The notes: generated from the letters alone by a model not told the origin. Shown: positions 1 through 12,215, counted from the first letter of the stretch. The stretch: DNA of 64,000 bases from Eukaryota sp. TZLM1-RC (GCA_040285825.1 JAUPSS010000003.1:2728001-2792000), one strand, 5' to 3'. Numbers and translations: made by a program.

Positions 1-879
1 ACAAATGTTGGCAGTACCATGGTTGACAAATAGTGATAAATCTCATGACTTATTCAAACATACATCTTGTTTTCAGAGTGTATTTTAAATTAATAAAAAT
101 ATTTGAAAGTCACCAGCAATCATATAGATGCGGCAGCGGTGAAACAGTTGATGACAAAAACAACACAGAAAGCTCTAGAAGGTCATAAATGCAGAAATAT
201 GTTGATACACAATCATTTAATTTAGGTCAACCATGATAATTTCAATCAAATGGTAGATTTACTGAGCCATCATTTCCATTGAATAATTTAGGAAACCATT
301 ATTATTTTTTGTATGTCGATCTTTCAATCTCTTCATCAAATGCAAAAATAAATGAACTGAGGGATCGTTGTTTGCTTATCACAATCTGCATCTGTTTTAC
401 ATAAACTTCTTTATATATGAATAACAACTATAATGAGTATGTAAGATATTAAGAATATAGCAAAAAAACAGTTTCAGAGTGTTCGTAGCTACTGGTTTAA
501 AAGAGCCTTAAGTATAGCACACCACACATTTTTTTATTATCTTTGTTTATTTATACATCTTTGGTATATCACATTTAAAAGCAAAGAAACAATGGTTATT
601 TACTGAACCCTCCTTAACAACAAATAGTCAGTTGCTCTGCTGCTTCTTTTTGAGAAACTCTTAATGTTTAAAATCTCGCTATAGTAGTAATAAAAAATTG
701 CAATTATTGATCTGATTTCATTGGATCTAATTGTGGCTGATACTTATATTATTTACACGAATTAACATTAGCAACGTAAATTGAAAACAAAATTTCAAAA
801 AGTTTATTAGGCGACAGTAAATGTGACCTTGATCCTCCTGCAATCGTGGTATTCGAAAAAACAATTCATTTTTTGTAAA

Positions 880-2130
880 ATGCAGCTTCTTGAAGTCTTG
901 GTTTATGCATATGTCTTTTATGAGGGCACTAGACTATTATCCTCTAGCATCCAACACCTCTCTGCTATCTGGTCATCTAAATTTGTTGGTGTAATTCTAT
1001 CACCTATCATCTCCTCTATTCCTCTCCTGACGTTTGTTATACTCCCTCACTTTCTCTTAGACGAATATGATCCTCACTTTTCATTTGCTCTTCTATCAGG
1101 AAGCTCTATTATGTTGCTAACACTTTCCTTCACCCTTGTCATCTGGGCAGGACGACAGACGGTCCAATACGACTTTATGTCTAGCCGCAGAACATGTATC
1201 TCTGAAGAATGCAGTGGCTTCTCTCTTGGCAGACGTCAAGGGATTGAAGTCCATCCCTCTGTACGACGTGAGGTTTCTTTCCTCTTTCTCAGTACATTAC
1301 CTCAAATCACTTACTACATTATCACTAAAGCTTCAATGACCTCCGCACATCGCTCTTCTTCCTTCTTCTACGTCTCCATTGCCACTGTCTCCCTCATGCT
1401 TATCTACATTATCTATTCTCTCCTTTCTCGATCCACCCTCTTAGTATTACGTGTCAAGGAACTACGGGAACGCTTGCTGTGCTCTTGGGTCATAAAGATT
1501 CTTTCCAATACAGTAAAAACGATGAATGCTGATTATGAATCTCTCAATGGGTCGGAACTCGCTTTCCATGTAGGATCACAGTTTGGAGGTCAAAATCTCA
1601 AAAGTCGTTCCAAGTCAAACAGAAATTTGGTGATTGGATCAGTTACCTCTGAAGAGGTTTGTTGCAAGATTCCTGTCTTGAAAACTTTTTTCTTTGCATT
1701 ATTGTATTTAGTTATTGGAGTCTCCATCATTGTGCTATCAACCAAACATTTGACGGAATTACTTACAAGTTTTAATAATTCTTTTGTTCTTGGATTTGTA
1801 TTTGCACCTTTTTTTACATCTTTGGCTGAGTTAATTTCTTCCTTAATATTAGCAAATAGAAAAACAATTACTGCACTTACAGCAGCAGTTTCCACTTTAT
1901 TGAAAACCATCTTAGTCAATGAATTGTTAATCTTTGGAATTTGGATTTATATGCAATATTTTACTAATGTAATTGTTGTTGATTTAGGTCTTGTATTGTG
2001 GGTCTTGGTTGCGGTTAAGATTTTAGTTGGAGGGTATTTAGTTGTAGGTGGTGTGTTGTCGATGCTTGGTAGTTTAATTGTATTTTTCATTTATGTTTGC
2101 TCTCTAGCAACAGTTTATTTTTGGAATTGA
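880..2130 (+). CDS. Sodium/calcium exchanger-like (NCL/EF-CAX-type, CaCA superfamily) membrane protein
   Basis: Intact ORF from ATG 880 with two clusters of hydrophobic helices. Motifs LLSGSSIMLLTL and SFVLGFVFAPFFTSLAELISSLILANRK resemble the alpha-repeat regions of NCL-type exchangers. Confidence 0.7.
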   Translation: MQLLEVLVYAYVFYEGTRLLSSSIQHLSAIWSSKFVGVILSPIISSIPLLTFVILPHFLLDEYDPHFSFALLSGSSIMLLTLSFTLVIWAGRQTVQYDFMSSRRTCISEECSGFSLGRRQGIEVHPSVRREVSFLFLSTLPQITYYIITKASMTSAHRSSSFFYVSIATVSLMLIYIIYSLLSRSTLLVLRVKELRERLLCSWVIKILSNTVKTMNADYESLNGSELAFHVGSQFGGQNLKSRSKSNRNLVIGSVTSEEVCCKIPVLKTFFFALLYLVIGVSIIVLSTKHLTELLTSFNNSFVLGFVFAPFFTSLAELISSLILANRKTITALTAAVSTLLKTILVNELLIFGIWIYMQYFTNVIVVDLGLVLWVLVAVKILVGGYLVVGGVLSMLGSLIVFFIYVCSLATVYFWN

Positions 2131-3962
2131 ATATATTTATTTTTTTCCAATAAAATGTATTTGTTATTCTTTATTGCTCGTTTTGTAATTAATTATTTTT
2201 ATTTTATTTTATTTTTTGAAAAATCAGAATGTTTTATTCTTAAGATAGTGAAAATTAGGTTGAGATACTGAAATGTATATCATTCTATAACAATGCGTGT
2301 AATTGCTCTTTCAATGATGAACCCTAGATTCAAAAAACGATTTTAAACCATTCCTTACCTTATGGTCAATTTGTTTAAACAGTTAAGAGATGTCTGAGCA
2401 TCTAGATCTGTCAATGTAGTGTGGTGAATGGTCGCTTTTCCATGAATATGTTTGATAGAATTGTAGCAAATCCTGAACAGTGATTGAATAGTACATTGAA
2501 TCACATGCACAATCTTCAGCATTTCTTCTTCTTACCATAGGTTCATTTTTCTATTTTTTTATTTCGAACAGCAACAATAGTTATGGCAATTTTTCTTTTA
2601 CAATGGACTTGATTAGTGGTAGAAGGTTCTTGTTAAAGTTCTTCCATTACATTGTTAAAAGTTTTCAATAATTTTTCTTTGTATTCAGGTAAATCAACGA
2701 AATCGATCTGCAGTGCTGTCCACTTCACTAGCATCTGTTGCGGAATAAGGAAATCTTCTGGGTGTTTCTATTCTTCGTTTTCTAGTGGACTAGATGAATA
2801 ACCATTGTCTTGTTTTGTTAGCAATCTGGAGGACATTTGAACTAATGGTCTATTTGAAAATCAAACAGCTTCAATTGGGAAGTCTTAATAAAGAGAATTT
2901 GTTGGACACTTTTTGAATTCTCAAACATCGTTGTTGTTAATACACAAACAATTTAAGAAGCTTGTAATTACTGATGGTGAATTTTGACAAGAACATCAAT
3001 TAGATTCAAAGAACAATCAGGTGCACAAAACACTGGTTTTCTGGGGTAAATTGTTAAAATTATTTTGAAAAATGAGTTTTAGTCTTAAAAACTTAATTGA
3101 AAACTATTTTATTGTTTCTAAAAAGTAGTTACAGTGGTCTTTTGAACAAAAATTATTGATGACCATCCCATTCAGTAACTTTTTATCATAATAATCTGAA
3201 TGAAACTTGAACAAAAAATGGAGTGGACTCGACTCAACTCAGATTTAAATATTCCAAAATATGTAGTATCAAATTACAGTTTAATTGAACATGTTGCTAA
3301 AAAGAATATGAGCCCTTGATTCAATTTTGTTAACTTCATCTTATCTCACCTGACAAAATAAACGAAGAGCTCTCTAATGCTCGAAAAACTTGATGGCTCG
3401 CCATTGTTTTCAAACAATGAAATTCATGAAATTCAGTAAATGCAATTCTAGATCAATACTGTTAATTTCAACAATTGAATGGAGATTCTATACAGCCCAC
3501 TGCATATTCTTGTATGGAATTGCTCAGCAACTGAATTCTTAAAGGTAAAACTATGCACAAAATTTATTAAGCAATGAAAAAATATAGCTTGATTTTATTG
3601 ACCTCTATTGTAAAGTTCACACAATATTCATTTTGTTAAATATTGTTACCTACCTAATCGTCGGATCCAGATTTATTTGCCAGATGCTTCAGTCCCAATT
3701 CTAGATTATGATAAACGGAAAACAAAGTTTTTCAATCCACAAAAGGAGTTGATTTAACAAAATGTCAAGTCAATTTTGTACCACCAAGAACTCTATCTAC
3801 ATGAACTTTTATAACATTTGCAAAAGCAAACTGCAGTGATAATTCATGATAACCAAGTCTTCCAAACAGAGAATAGTCAAAGGACAAAACCTGTATTTAA
3901 TAGAATCATCGTGCAGACTAGCCATAATTTTTAATGAATTAGCAGAATTAAAAACACAGTGT

Positions 3963-4690
3963 TTATAAAAAACAAATCAACTTTTCTTTGGATCTAGATG
4001 TACAAAGTGGGTTTTTCTCAGTTACATACAACCTACAACCACTGGGTAGACATTCAAACAGACCTGCAATTTCAGGTATAAAAGAGTTGGCGTCAATATG
4101 GACCTCCTGAAGCATGGGACATCGTTCTAATAGATACATTAATAAAGTACGTTTGAACTGTGGTGATATACTCTCGCGGTAAGTAAAGAGACTCCCCGTG
4201 AATAGGGGCAGTGAAATCACTGTTTTGGAGGTAAGAACAGAACATGCTGTGTTGGCATAGCTTCTAGAAACCTGTTTTACCTTCAATAGACATAGCAAAC
4301 TTTTGTCTAATATGGATGTGAGAACTTCTTCATTAACATTGAGTTTCCGTGGAGGTTTGTAAACAATACTGACCTTTGAAAGTGATAATTGGTGGTGTAC
4401 GATCTGCCGCAGACAATGTAGATCTTGAATGCAGCCGTGAAACGAAACATGCAAAGCATTCAACTGATTTGACCATTCTTTCAACCGATGAATGAAGCAT
4501 TCAAACGCCCTATTTATGTTCTTATCCCAGACAATGGTGGAGTTGGAACTGAGGAGGCTGGTTACTACAGAAAATCTATTTACCGATCTATCAACAGATA
4601 GTTCTACTGACATGGAGGACAAGAACTTTGTTGGAAGATTAAAGAAAACAGCGTTTACAGCCAATCAGGTTTCTAATTGATGACAGACAT
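3963..4690 (-). pseudogene. Uncharacterised Leu-rich ORF without a clean start, probably a decayed member of a lineage-specific family
   Basis: 233-codon open frame. The nearest ATG (4690) reaches TAG after 5 codons in another frame. No recognisable domain. Confidence 0.3.
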
Positions 4691-4764
4691 GTTAACAAAG
4701 ACAAAGACGAAGAGAGACAAATGTTTTGAACTTTCGCCTTCCACAAACAAAAATTTCTTGAAAT

Positions 4765-5340
4765 TTATTTTCAACGCTAACAAAACATTAAACAAAAAAA
4801 CTAGAACTCAATATCCTCAATACACACATCAACATCATCAAATCTTTTAAGCGCGCGATTTTCATACTCTATTCCTAATTGTAACAGTGCTTTGGTCAAC
4901 ATTTCTGGAATTGCTTTAAGAATACTAAAAACAATTCTATTGTGCCAGAAATTAAAGTTCAATTCATTTCCTGCTCTTTCTTTTATTAAACTTCTAAAAC
5001 CTTCATCAAATTTAATGTCAGATATTCCAATGTTACCAAAAAGAGAAACAGCAAATGGAACCAGCTGATACTTGACATGCTCAACACGTCCTAGCTGAGA
5101 TAAGGGTTCATTGTACTTTTTGATTTTGCTCTTTTCAGCAAAGCAAAGTGGAGTTTCATCTGTTTTAGCAAAATCAATTGCTGAGTCTTTACAAACATCA
5201 ACAGTGACAACATCAACAACATTGATCACACCATTAGACCCAGGGGTAATTAAATCAGCACGGCGTTTCCCAAAAGTATTTTCATCTTCATTTTCGGATG
5301 ACAACCTTCGTACAAGTGGTTCAACAAAAGCATCAACGAA
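4765..5340 (-). mobile_element. 5'-truncated RLE non-LTR retrotransposon, family B
   Basis: RRADLITP..VVDVVTVD..K.KKY PD-(D/E)xK endonuclease motif ending EDIEF*. Near-identical, including 3'UTR, to 20310-20880. Confidence 0.85.
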
Positions 5341-5770
5341 CACGTGCCTTGTTTTGTGCAGTATAGTTGAAGTTAAAACTTTTAACCATAGTTGAAACTT
5401 TCAACCATAGTGCACAAAACACGTGTTTATAATAGATCAACACTTATGCGGTGTTTTGTACACCATGCAGTTCTATGCAACTGTGTACTTGATGATATTT
5501 TACTAAAAACACCAAATTAGTGTAGTTTATATTTTGTACCCTTCTTGAACATAGTGCACTTATACATCAGGTCAAACTAACATTTATTATAAAGCAATAC
5601 TCTAAATTCTGGATTATTTTGGATTATTGAGATTTCTTCTAAGAAGGTCAAAGACAGGACCTCTTGTTGGGGACTTTGTTGGAGTTGAGGAGAGTAAGAG
5701 AATTGAGATTCAGTATGAAGTGTTTAACACGTGTTAAACACCGGTGTTCGAGCACGTGTTTGTGCACATT
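5341..5770. repeat. Inverted-repeat cluster, possible MITE or foldback ends
   Basis: TGTTTTGTGCAGTATAGTTGAA (~5350) is inverted relative to TTCAACCATAGTGCACAAAACA (~5400). GTGCACAAAACACGTG (5410) is inverted relative to CACGTGTTTGTGCAC (~5753). Perfect 22-bp palindrome at 5720-5741. Confidence 0.55.
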
Positions 5771-6431
5771 GCTTTGAACCGTTTCGCATTCAGGAGGTGC
5801 CTTCAATTACATCTACTTTCATTTTAACTGTATTTAATTAAGATTAACATGATTTGAGATTACAACAAAAGACATTGAACTTGAACTCCATAATCTTAAG
5901 AAAAAAAATTGGGTATACACGCCAACAATACCACAAATGTTCACATGTGTACAGCTGTCTGCTGCTTCTCCCCCAGCTGTTTTTATGATGTCAAGAAAAT
6001 TTGTTTGACTGCAAAATTGGTCCAAATGTAGTCACCTTTATCTTTGTTTGTAAACATTGTAAGTGTGAGTGTTAGAGTAATTTCAAGATAATTTCACAAT
6101 TTTGTTTTTAATTCTTTGTTTGTCCAATTCTCTGACTGTGTAGAATTGTGACACATACCTCTAAATAGAGAGTACAGATATCTGTGTTTCTTCAGCACTT
6201 TGAACTACGACATATATGTAAGGCAACCACAATTGAACAATTGTTGAACCCTTATCCACAGTTATCGTAAATGATGTTCGTTTGCAATATTTGACAAAGT
6301 CAGGTCGATTTATCAAAAGCACTACTAACAGCGTCACTTGCAATCGAATGTAAAAGGGGAGGAAAAATGTGTGGATATCACGTTGATATCACGGAATAAA
6401 ACGTTTTTTTGATTGACTCCCTCCTTCCCTT

Positions 6432-8102
6432 ATGGCAGTCATCACTCCCTATTCAGGAGAAGATGATCCACGAACCCAGGGGTGGACAAAGAACCGTTAC
6501 TTCATCCTTTTATGTGGTTTTGTGCTACAAGTGAACATCGGTATGCGTTGATCAGCTCTTGTTAATCTTTGGCACACTATATGGCTTAAGTGTTTTCTCT
6601 ACACCTATCAGAGAGCTTTATCCTCATTGGCGCGGAAATGTGTCGTTTGCCTATAGTGTTGGAGTAGCTGGTATGGGATTTCTTTGTCCCTTTGCTGGTC
6701 AACTTTTAGATAAGAAGGGACCTCGATGGACTGGTCGGCTAAGTTCTATTTTATTCTTGTTGGCTCATGTTTTATCAGGTCTATTCGTTAAGTTCGATGT
6801 AAAACATGCATTTTGGCTCTCCTACGGTATCATCGGTGGTCCAGCATTCGCTCTTGGGTACGATGATTTTCTTCATCTCATTTCAGCTATTGTACACCCG
6901 TAGCTCCCGTGATACAGTGGTTTCCTGAACTCAGAGGCTTTGCTGGGGGATTAGTCCTGGCAGGTTTTGGTATGGGATCTATGAAGATGGGTATACTAGT
7001 TGTACGTTTAATTGAGTTATTCGGCCCTGGACTTGCACTCATCACACTAGGAATTTATGGGGGATGCTTCATTTTCAGTACATCCTATTTTATATGTAAG
7101 CCACCTCCAGGATACTACCCTAAAAATGCCTCCACCAAACTTCAACAATCTGTAGCCTCAGAAAACAGCATTAATCTTGGCAAAGCTCTGAAATCTTTCA
7201 CTTATTGGAAAGTGTGGTTCACTATTCTTGGAACTACTTTTGCTGGTGTATCTCTTATCTCCTTGTCATCTCCTATTTTAGAGGATGTATTCTCATTAAC
7301 TGAAGTTCAGGCAGGGAGATATCTCGCCATTTTCAGTACCGTTGATATGTCTAGTCGTTTTTTCTATTCGATCCTTAGTGATGTTTTTGCCCGCTACAAT
7401 TTGTGCAGAAAATGGTTGTACATTTGGCTTTTAACTAGTCAGTTCATTGTTTGTCTATTTATGACATCAATTATGACCAACCAACTCCTGGGTCTTTACA
7501 TTGTTAGTGCCTCTGTGCTCGTCAGCGGTCTGTCTGGTGGTCTCGGCTCTCTTCCTGGTTTTCTCTCTGAAATGTTTGGTTCAAAGTCTCTTTCTTCATT
7601 GTTTGGAATGACCTTAGCAGCCTGGGCTACCAGTGGATTGGTAGGTTCTCAGATACTTGCTGCAGTTCAAGCCCATGGCCAAGATACAGGAGTGGAAGAC
7701 CATTTGGTGTATATCCCATTTTTCAAGTACATTCCAATTCTTATAGCCATTTGTTTGGTTGCTGCTTTAACGTTACGTCCTTATAAGTTTGCAAAAGAAA
7801 CTGTTCTTCCCACTAGTGCAGATAATGAGGATGGTTCTGAAAATCAAGAAGAGGAATCAAAAAAAGCACCTGATGATGAATTAGTTGAGAACGGACATGC
7901 GATTGAGATGGTGGAAGTAGTGAATTTACCTGCTAATGACAATGTTGACAGTGATTCACAAGATGTGGAAGGTGATGATTCCACGGAGAATGATAATGTT
8001 GAAACAATTGAACAGATTGATCAAGATCAATCAATTCCAACTGATCACTCTGAGGAAGATTCTTGTGCTGTGTCTGACATTGACATTGTTGTTGAGGATT
8101 AA
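6432..8102 (+). CDS. MFS transporter, OFA/OxlT (oxalate:formate antiporter)-like, with acidic C-terminal tail; 2 introns
   Basis: Exons 6432-6540, 6572-6857, 6887-8102 join to 536 aa (…LQVNIGTLYGLSVF…GQLLDKKGPR…LGYCTPVAPVIQWFPELRG…). Introns 6541-6571 (GT-TG) and 6858-6886 (GT-AG). Confidence 0.85.
6541..6571 (+). other. 31-nt intron with non-canonical GT-TG boundaries
   Basis: GTATGC donor, and TTAAT branch-like motif with A at 6565 followed by exactly 6 nt (TCTTTG). Removal restores frame and TM1. Retention reaches TGA, and the internal AG at 6554-6555 is out of frame. Confidence 0.75.
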
Positions 8103-8792
8103 GTAGATCATGTTTAGTCAATTTTAACACGTGTAATTTATTTTGCAATTTTAGATGACACTTTAATGTAGTTAATACAGTAATTTATTTTTCATAGTTA
8201 TCATATCACTCTGATAAGTTTGTCCTTTATGAGACACTTGAGCCAGGGTGATAGCTTGTCAAAGCCTAACCCTAACCAGTGTCATGTGGTCTTTATCATC
8301 TCTAGTATTTGTGTAGTTTTTTGTTATATACATAATAATAAAAACAATAATAAATGTTATGCCACTAAATAACCAAAATTTACCAGAACTTAATATGTTC
8401 ATTTATTATATTAAAAATGATTACTTTAATTAAAACCATGTGGACAAATACCATTGCTGATTGCAAGTTTTGGAAATCAGCTGTTTGCAGTATCATAAAT
8501 GCTTCATTTCAGTTCAGTTGGGACCTAGCAAAATATTGAAGGTTTCAAAATTCAATTTACGTGTCACCATTACGACGATGGGCTGCTCGTGTGGTACATC
8601 TTGTTGAGAGTCAGTACTTTGGGGTACTGTCATTCATTGCTCATTTCAAATAAACTCCTACAGAACATCCACTGAGAAAGTAAGTTATTCAATGCTGACT
8701 GCTGCATATTGCTTTAATTACGGGGTGTTGAGTCTGATCGAGCAAAAACACAGGGACATAAAGCGTTTATGGTGCAACATCTACATAGCTAT

Positions 8793-10108
8793 CTAATAGT
8801 ATTTACCCTTCTTCCAGTCCTTCTTGTTATTCTTCTTGTCATTATCATTATCGTAGTCATCGTCATCGTCATCAGTTTCTTCAAGAAGGTGTTCATATCG
8901 CTTGTAGCAGATGCGCTCGTATTTCTTTACACAAAGATTCATGCACATGTCCATGCGTTCCTCGTGATCATTCTCCGTTTCGGTTTCGGATTCAGTGTAT
9001 CGGTCTTTGCAACACTTATACTTTTTGCAGCAGTTACGACTACGACAGCATCGGCGGTATTCTTCCTCATCTTCGTCATCATCATCAGAATCGCTATAGT
9101 GCCTGCGTCTCCTGTCACGACGTTTACGATCACGCTTATTATAGAATTCATAATCGTTATCCTCATCTTCTTCATCATCGTCTTCTTCCTTGATCATTCG
9201 TTTACATTTGCGGTAGCATTTGCCGCTATACTTGGCAATACAGCGCTCAATCTTCTTTTCTGCTTCTTCCTTTTCATCTTTCTCATCTTCTTCTTCACGC
9301 TTTTTCCTTTCTCTTGTACCAGCCGCATTCTTCATCATAGATCCATTCAGGACACTCTTTGCGGGGACAAAGAGTTTCGCAGTCAAGGTCGCCTTGCTTG
9401 AAAGAAATGGTCTTTGGTGGTGCCTCAGCTTCTTCCATTTTGTTACAATGAATCCAGAGCTCACGGAGTTCGTTCATCTTTTGGAAGCCTTTTGGAAGCT
9501 TTCCTTCGAGTAAGTTACAATGAGCACGGAAAGTTTTGAGGGATTTGGTAAAACGTTCATCAAAACACTTGGGGATCTCGCCATGGAAGTCGTTATTGTT
9601 GAGGTAAAGGTATTGGAGGGAGAGATAGAGTTCACAGAAACCTTCAGGGATTTTTGCCATTAAACTTGTTGTTAGAAAGATCAACGTGCTTCAAGGCCAT
9701 CAAGCAGCTTATTCCTTCTACGATGAGTTGGGTTCAGAAACATACCACCTTGGCCATCAGGGATCTTTCCTTTAAGCTTGTTCTTTTGCAGGTACAAGGT
9801 TTGGAGCCTTGGGAAACATGCAAATTCTCGGGGAAGCTTTCCTTGGAGGTTGTTGTCTTGAAGGTCAATCACAGTGACAGAACCATCAACACATTCGATT
9901 CCATGCCACTTACAATGGTCCTTTTCCTTCATATCCCACTAAAGTTAGGTGATAAGGAGACACAAACTTTCTTGGTCCATGATTCACCATGAAGTTCTTC
10001 GTGAAGTTTGAGGAGGGCCTCTTTTTCCGTTGGTGGACAGAAGTGACCACAAGCAAACGTCAGAGCGACTATAGTTGAGAGTATTAGTAATTTGTACATG
10101 AGAAACAT
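8793..10108 (-). CDS. Secreted plant-type LRR protein with Cys-rich and Asp/Glu/Lys/Arg-rich C-terminus; 2 introns and two apparent +1 frameshifts
   Basis: Signal peptide MYKLLILSTIVALTFA, LRR N-cap (EKEALL…W…HCKWHGIEC) and LxxLxLxxNxLxGxIP repeats. Introns 9939-9967 and 9718-9745 (GT-AG). One extra A in A5 runs at 9651-9655 and 9301-9305. Confidence 0.7.
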
Positions 10109-10744
10109 GGCTTGATGCAGTTGTTTTCCCTTTTGAAGGGCAACTGTAAAGTTTTGAGGGTATCATGATGTAAGACAAGTGTCACTGTAGATAAGGTGGA
10201 GGGGGAATTTTGAGAACGTCAAAATCAACATTTGAAAATCTCAACTCGAATTCTGTAAAGATTCGTATCTTAATTCCATGTCTCCCTCAGACACTCAGAG
10301 TGTCGTTCATAAGTTAAGAACATGTTTAGTGACAAGCTGAAGAAATATTTCTGTTTGGTGAAAGTAACCTCTAGTTTCGATGTTTGAGCATTTTGAAGTT
10401 GTTATTGTTTGAAAGAATTTTATGGACTTCATTGAATAAAGATCATTATTGATACTGAATTACAGTCAGAAATTGAATGGTGACTAAGAAAACAATTAAT
10501 TATTTACAAAATAGGTAAACCGCAAGAATTTAGCGTAAACTAACCGTTATGGATTCACCCAATGAATAGCTCTTCTTGTCCTCCCAGAATGGGCCATTTT
10601 CCATTGCTTCCAACATACCTGATATTACGAAAATGATGACATTTCTGGACGTGAATAAATTGATCTTGTTGAAAGGTTGTCCCCAACAATAATATCGTTT
10701 CAACATAACAAAGATTAACGTCTTTGACACAAATTAAGTTCAAT

Positions 10745-11035
10745 GCATCACTCCTTTTGCTTTTTCTTTATTTGGAACCTTGGGTAAAATTGCGTTAACT
10801 TTTTTGGACGATTTCTCATCTGTTGTTAAAATTAGAACTGGAAGAATATTTGACCGAACCTTTTGGCAAAACAGAATTGTATTTTCTATTTTTAAGAGAA
10901 TGTATAGCCTTGTTTCTAGCTCGTTGTGGTCACTAGGAAGATTTTATGAAGAAAATGCTGTAGGTAAGTTTTCAATAGTAGATGTGGAGTTTGAGGAGAT
11001 TGATTTTTAGTTTTTTACAATTTTGTTTGAATAAA
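10745..11035 (+). mobile_element. 3' fragment of RLE non-LTR retrotransposon
   Basis: PFAFSLFG…FLDDF…RTGRIF…FWQNRIVFSIFK…EEIDF* is homologous to the C-terminus of the 43031 ORF. Confidence 0.75.
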
Positions 11036-11120
11036 AAATGTGTTTCATCACTCAAACAATGAAAGAATGCAAAATTCTCAATTATCCTCTACCTACAACT
11101 CTTTTCCACATTGTACATCA

Positions 11121-12215
11121 ATGGGAAGACATCGCAAAAAACGAACTCACCGCAAACCCACGGATGAACAATACGGTGAAGGGGTGCCTCGGGTTCTCAT
11201 CTCTGAAAAAGGAGAGGTCACTCGCTCTCTCAAGCATCTTATCACTGATCTCCGTCAAGTTTTCTCCCCAAACACATCAAAACAACTCAAGGTTCGCAAG
11301 AATAACACTCTCAATGATTTTCTCTCTGTCGCAGGTCCTCTCAACATATCACACCTTCTTTTCATCTCACAAACCGAAATCGCTCCATATCTCCGCATAT
11401 GTCGCCTTCACCAAGGCCCAACTCTAACTTTTCGCGTCAATTCCTTCACCCTCATGCGCGATGTTGCTTCCTTCCGAACTGCTAACAACCTCCCAAACGC
11501 TGCTGGAGGTACCAACTACACCAACCCCCCTGTTCTAGTAATGTCTGGCTTCTCTACCGGAAACATCGATTCTGCCGCCCTTGAGCTAATGTCTACTACT
11601 TTTCAACAAGTATTACCACCTCTTGACGTGTCAACAGTCAAGCTAAGTCAATGTAAACGTGTGCTTTTGGTCCACAAGACACCAGATGACCAAGTCGAAA
11701 TAAGACATTATTCAATAGCAAGTACTAAACCCTCTTCGAGTCGCATCTTGTCTTCATTAGCCAAAAACAGCTTACCAAAGAATATTGGCCAAGTTGAGGA
11801 CGTTGCTCAGATCCTGAATGATGCAGGATATCAATCTGAAGTAGAGGAAGAGGAGAAGGGTAAGAGTAGGGTGAAGTTGGTTGAGATTGGGCCCAGGTTG
11901 AGTTGCTCCTTGTATAAAGTGGAAGAAGGTGTTTGTGAAGGAGGGGTTTTGTTTCATGAATACCAGTCTAAGTCAGCTGAAGAAGTGCAAGAGCTGAAAG
12001 AGAAAGAGCAGATACGTAAGCAGAGGAAGAGGGAAATGGAGAAGGTCAGACAGAAGAGGAGAGAGGAGGCAGAGAGGAAGGTGCATGAGGAGAAGGAGAA
12101 GGCCAAGGAAGAGAGGAGAAAAGAAATGAAGGAGAGTGAGAAAGATGAAGGGGAAGAGGTTGGTAGTAAGAGGAGGAGAGGGGGAAAGGGAGGTAAAGAG
12201 AAGAGATCACGATGA
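11121..12215 (+). CDS. PPAN: Brix-domain 60S biogenesis protein Peter Pan/Ssf1
   Basis: MGRHRKKRTH start, DLRQVFSPNT…LKVRKNNTLNDF…GPLNISH, GPTLTF and LVEIGPRL…KVEEGVCEG.VLFH, with a charged tail. Intronless. Confidence 0.9.
   Translation: MGRHRKKRTHRKPTDEQYGEGVPRVLISEKGEVTRSLKHLITDLRQVFSPNTSKQLKVRKNNTLNDFLSVAGPLNISHLLFISQTEIAPYLRICRLHQGPTLTFRVNSFTLMRDVASFRTANNLPNAAGGTNYTNPPVLVMSGFSTGNIDSAALELMSTTFQQVLPPLDVSTVKLSQCKRVLLVHKTPDDQVEIRHYSIASTKPSSSRILSSLAKNSLPKNIGQVEDVAQILNDAGYQSEVEEEEKGKSRVKLVEIGPRLSCSLYKVEEGVCEGGVLFHEYQSKSAEEVQELKEKEQIRKQRKREMEKVRQKRREEAERKVHEEKEKAKEERRKEMKESEKDEGEEVGSKRRRGGKGGKEKRSR

Noticed and set aside
8264-8278. CCTAACCCTAACC telomere-like sequence
   Set aside because: Only about two units, which is expected by chance.
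8769-9401. 210-aa very hydrophobic plus-strand ORF resembling a membrane protein
   Set aside because: It is the antisense shadow of the GAA/GAT/AAG-rich LRR C-terminus on the minus strand.
9290-9665. Additional non-canonical introns explaining the LRR frameshifts
   Set aside because: There is no GT(A/T)YG donor with a YTNAY at the right spacing, and removing 28-34 nt at the first site would destroy an LRR repeat.
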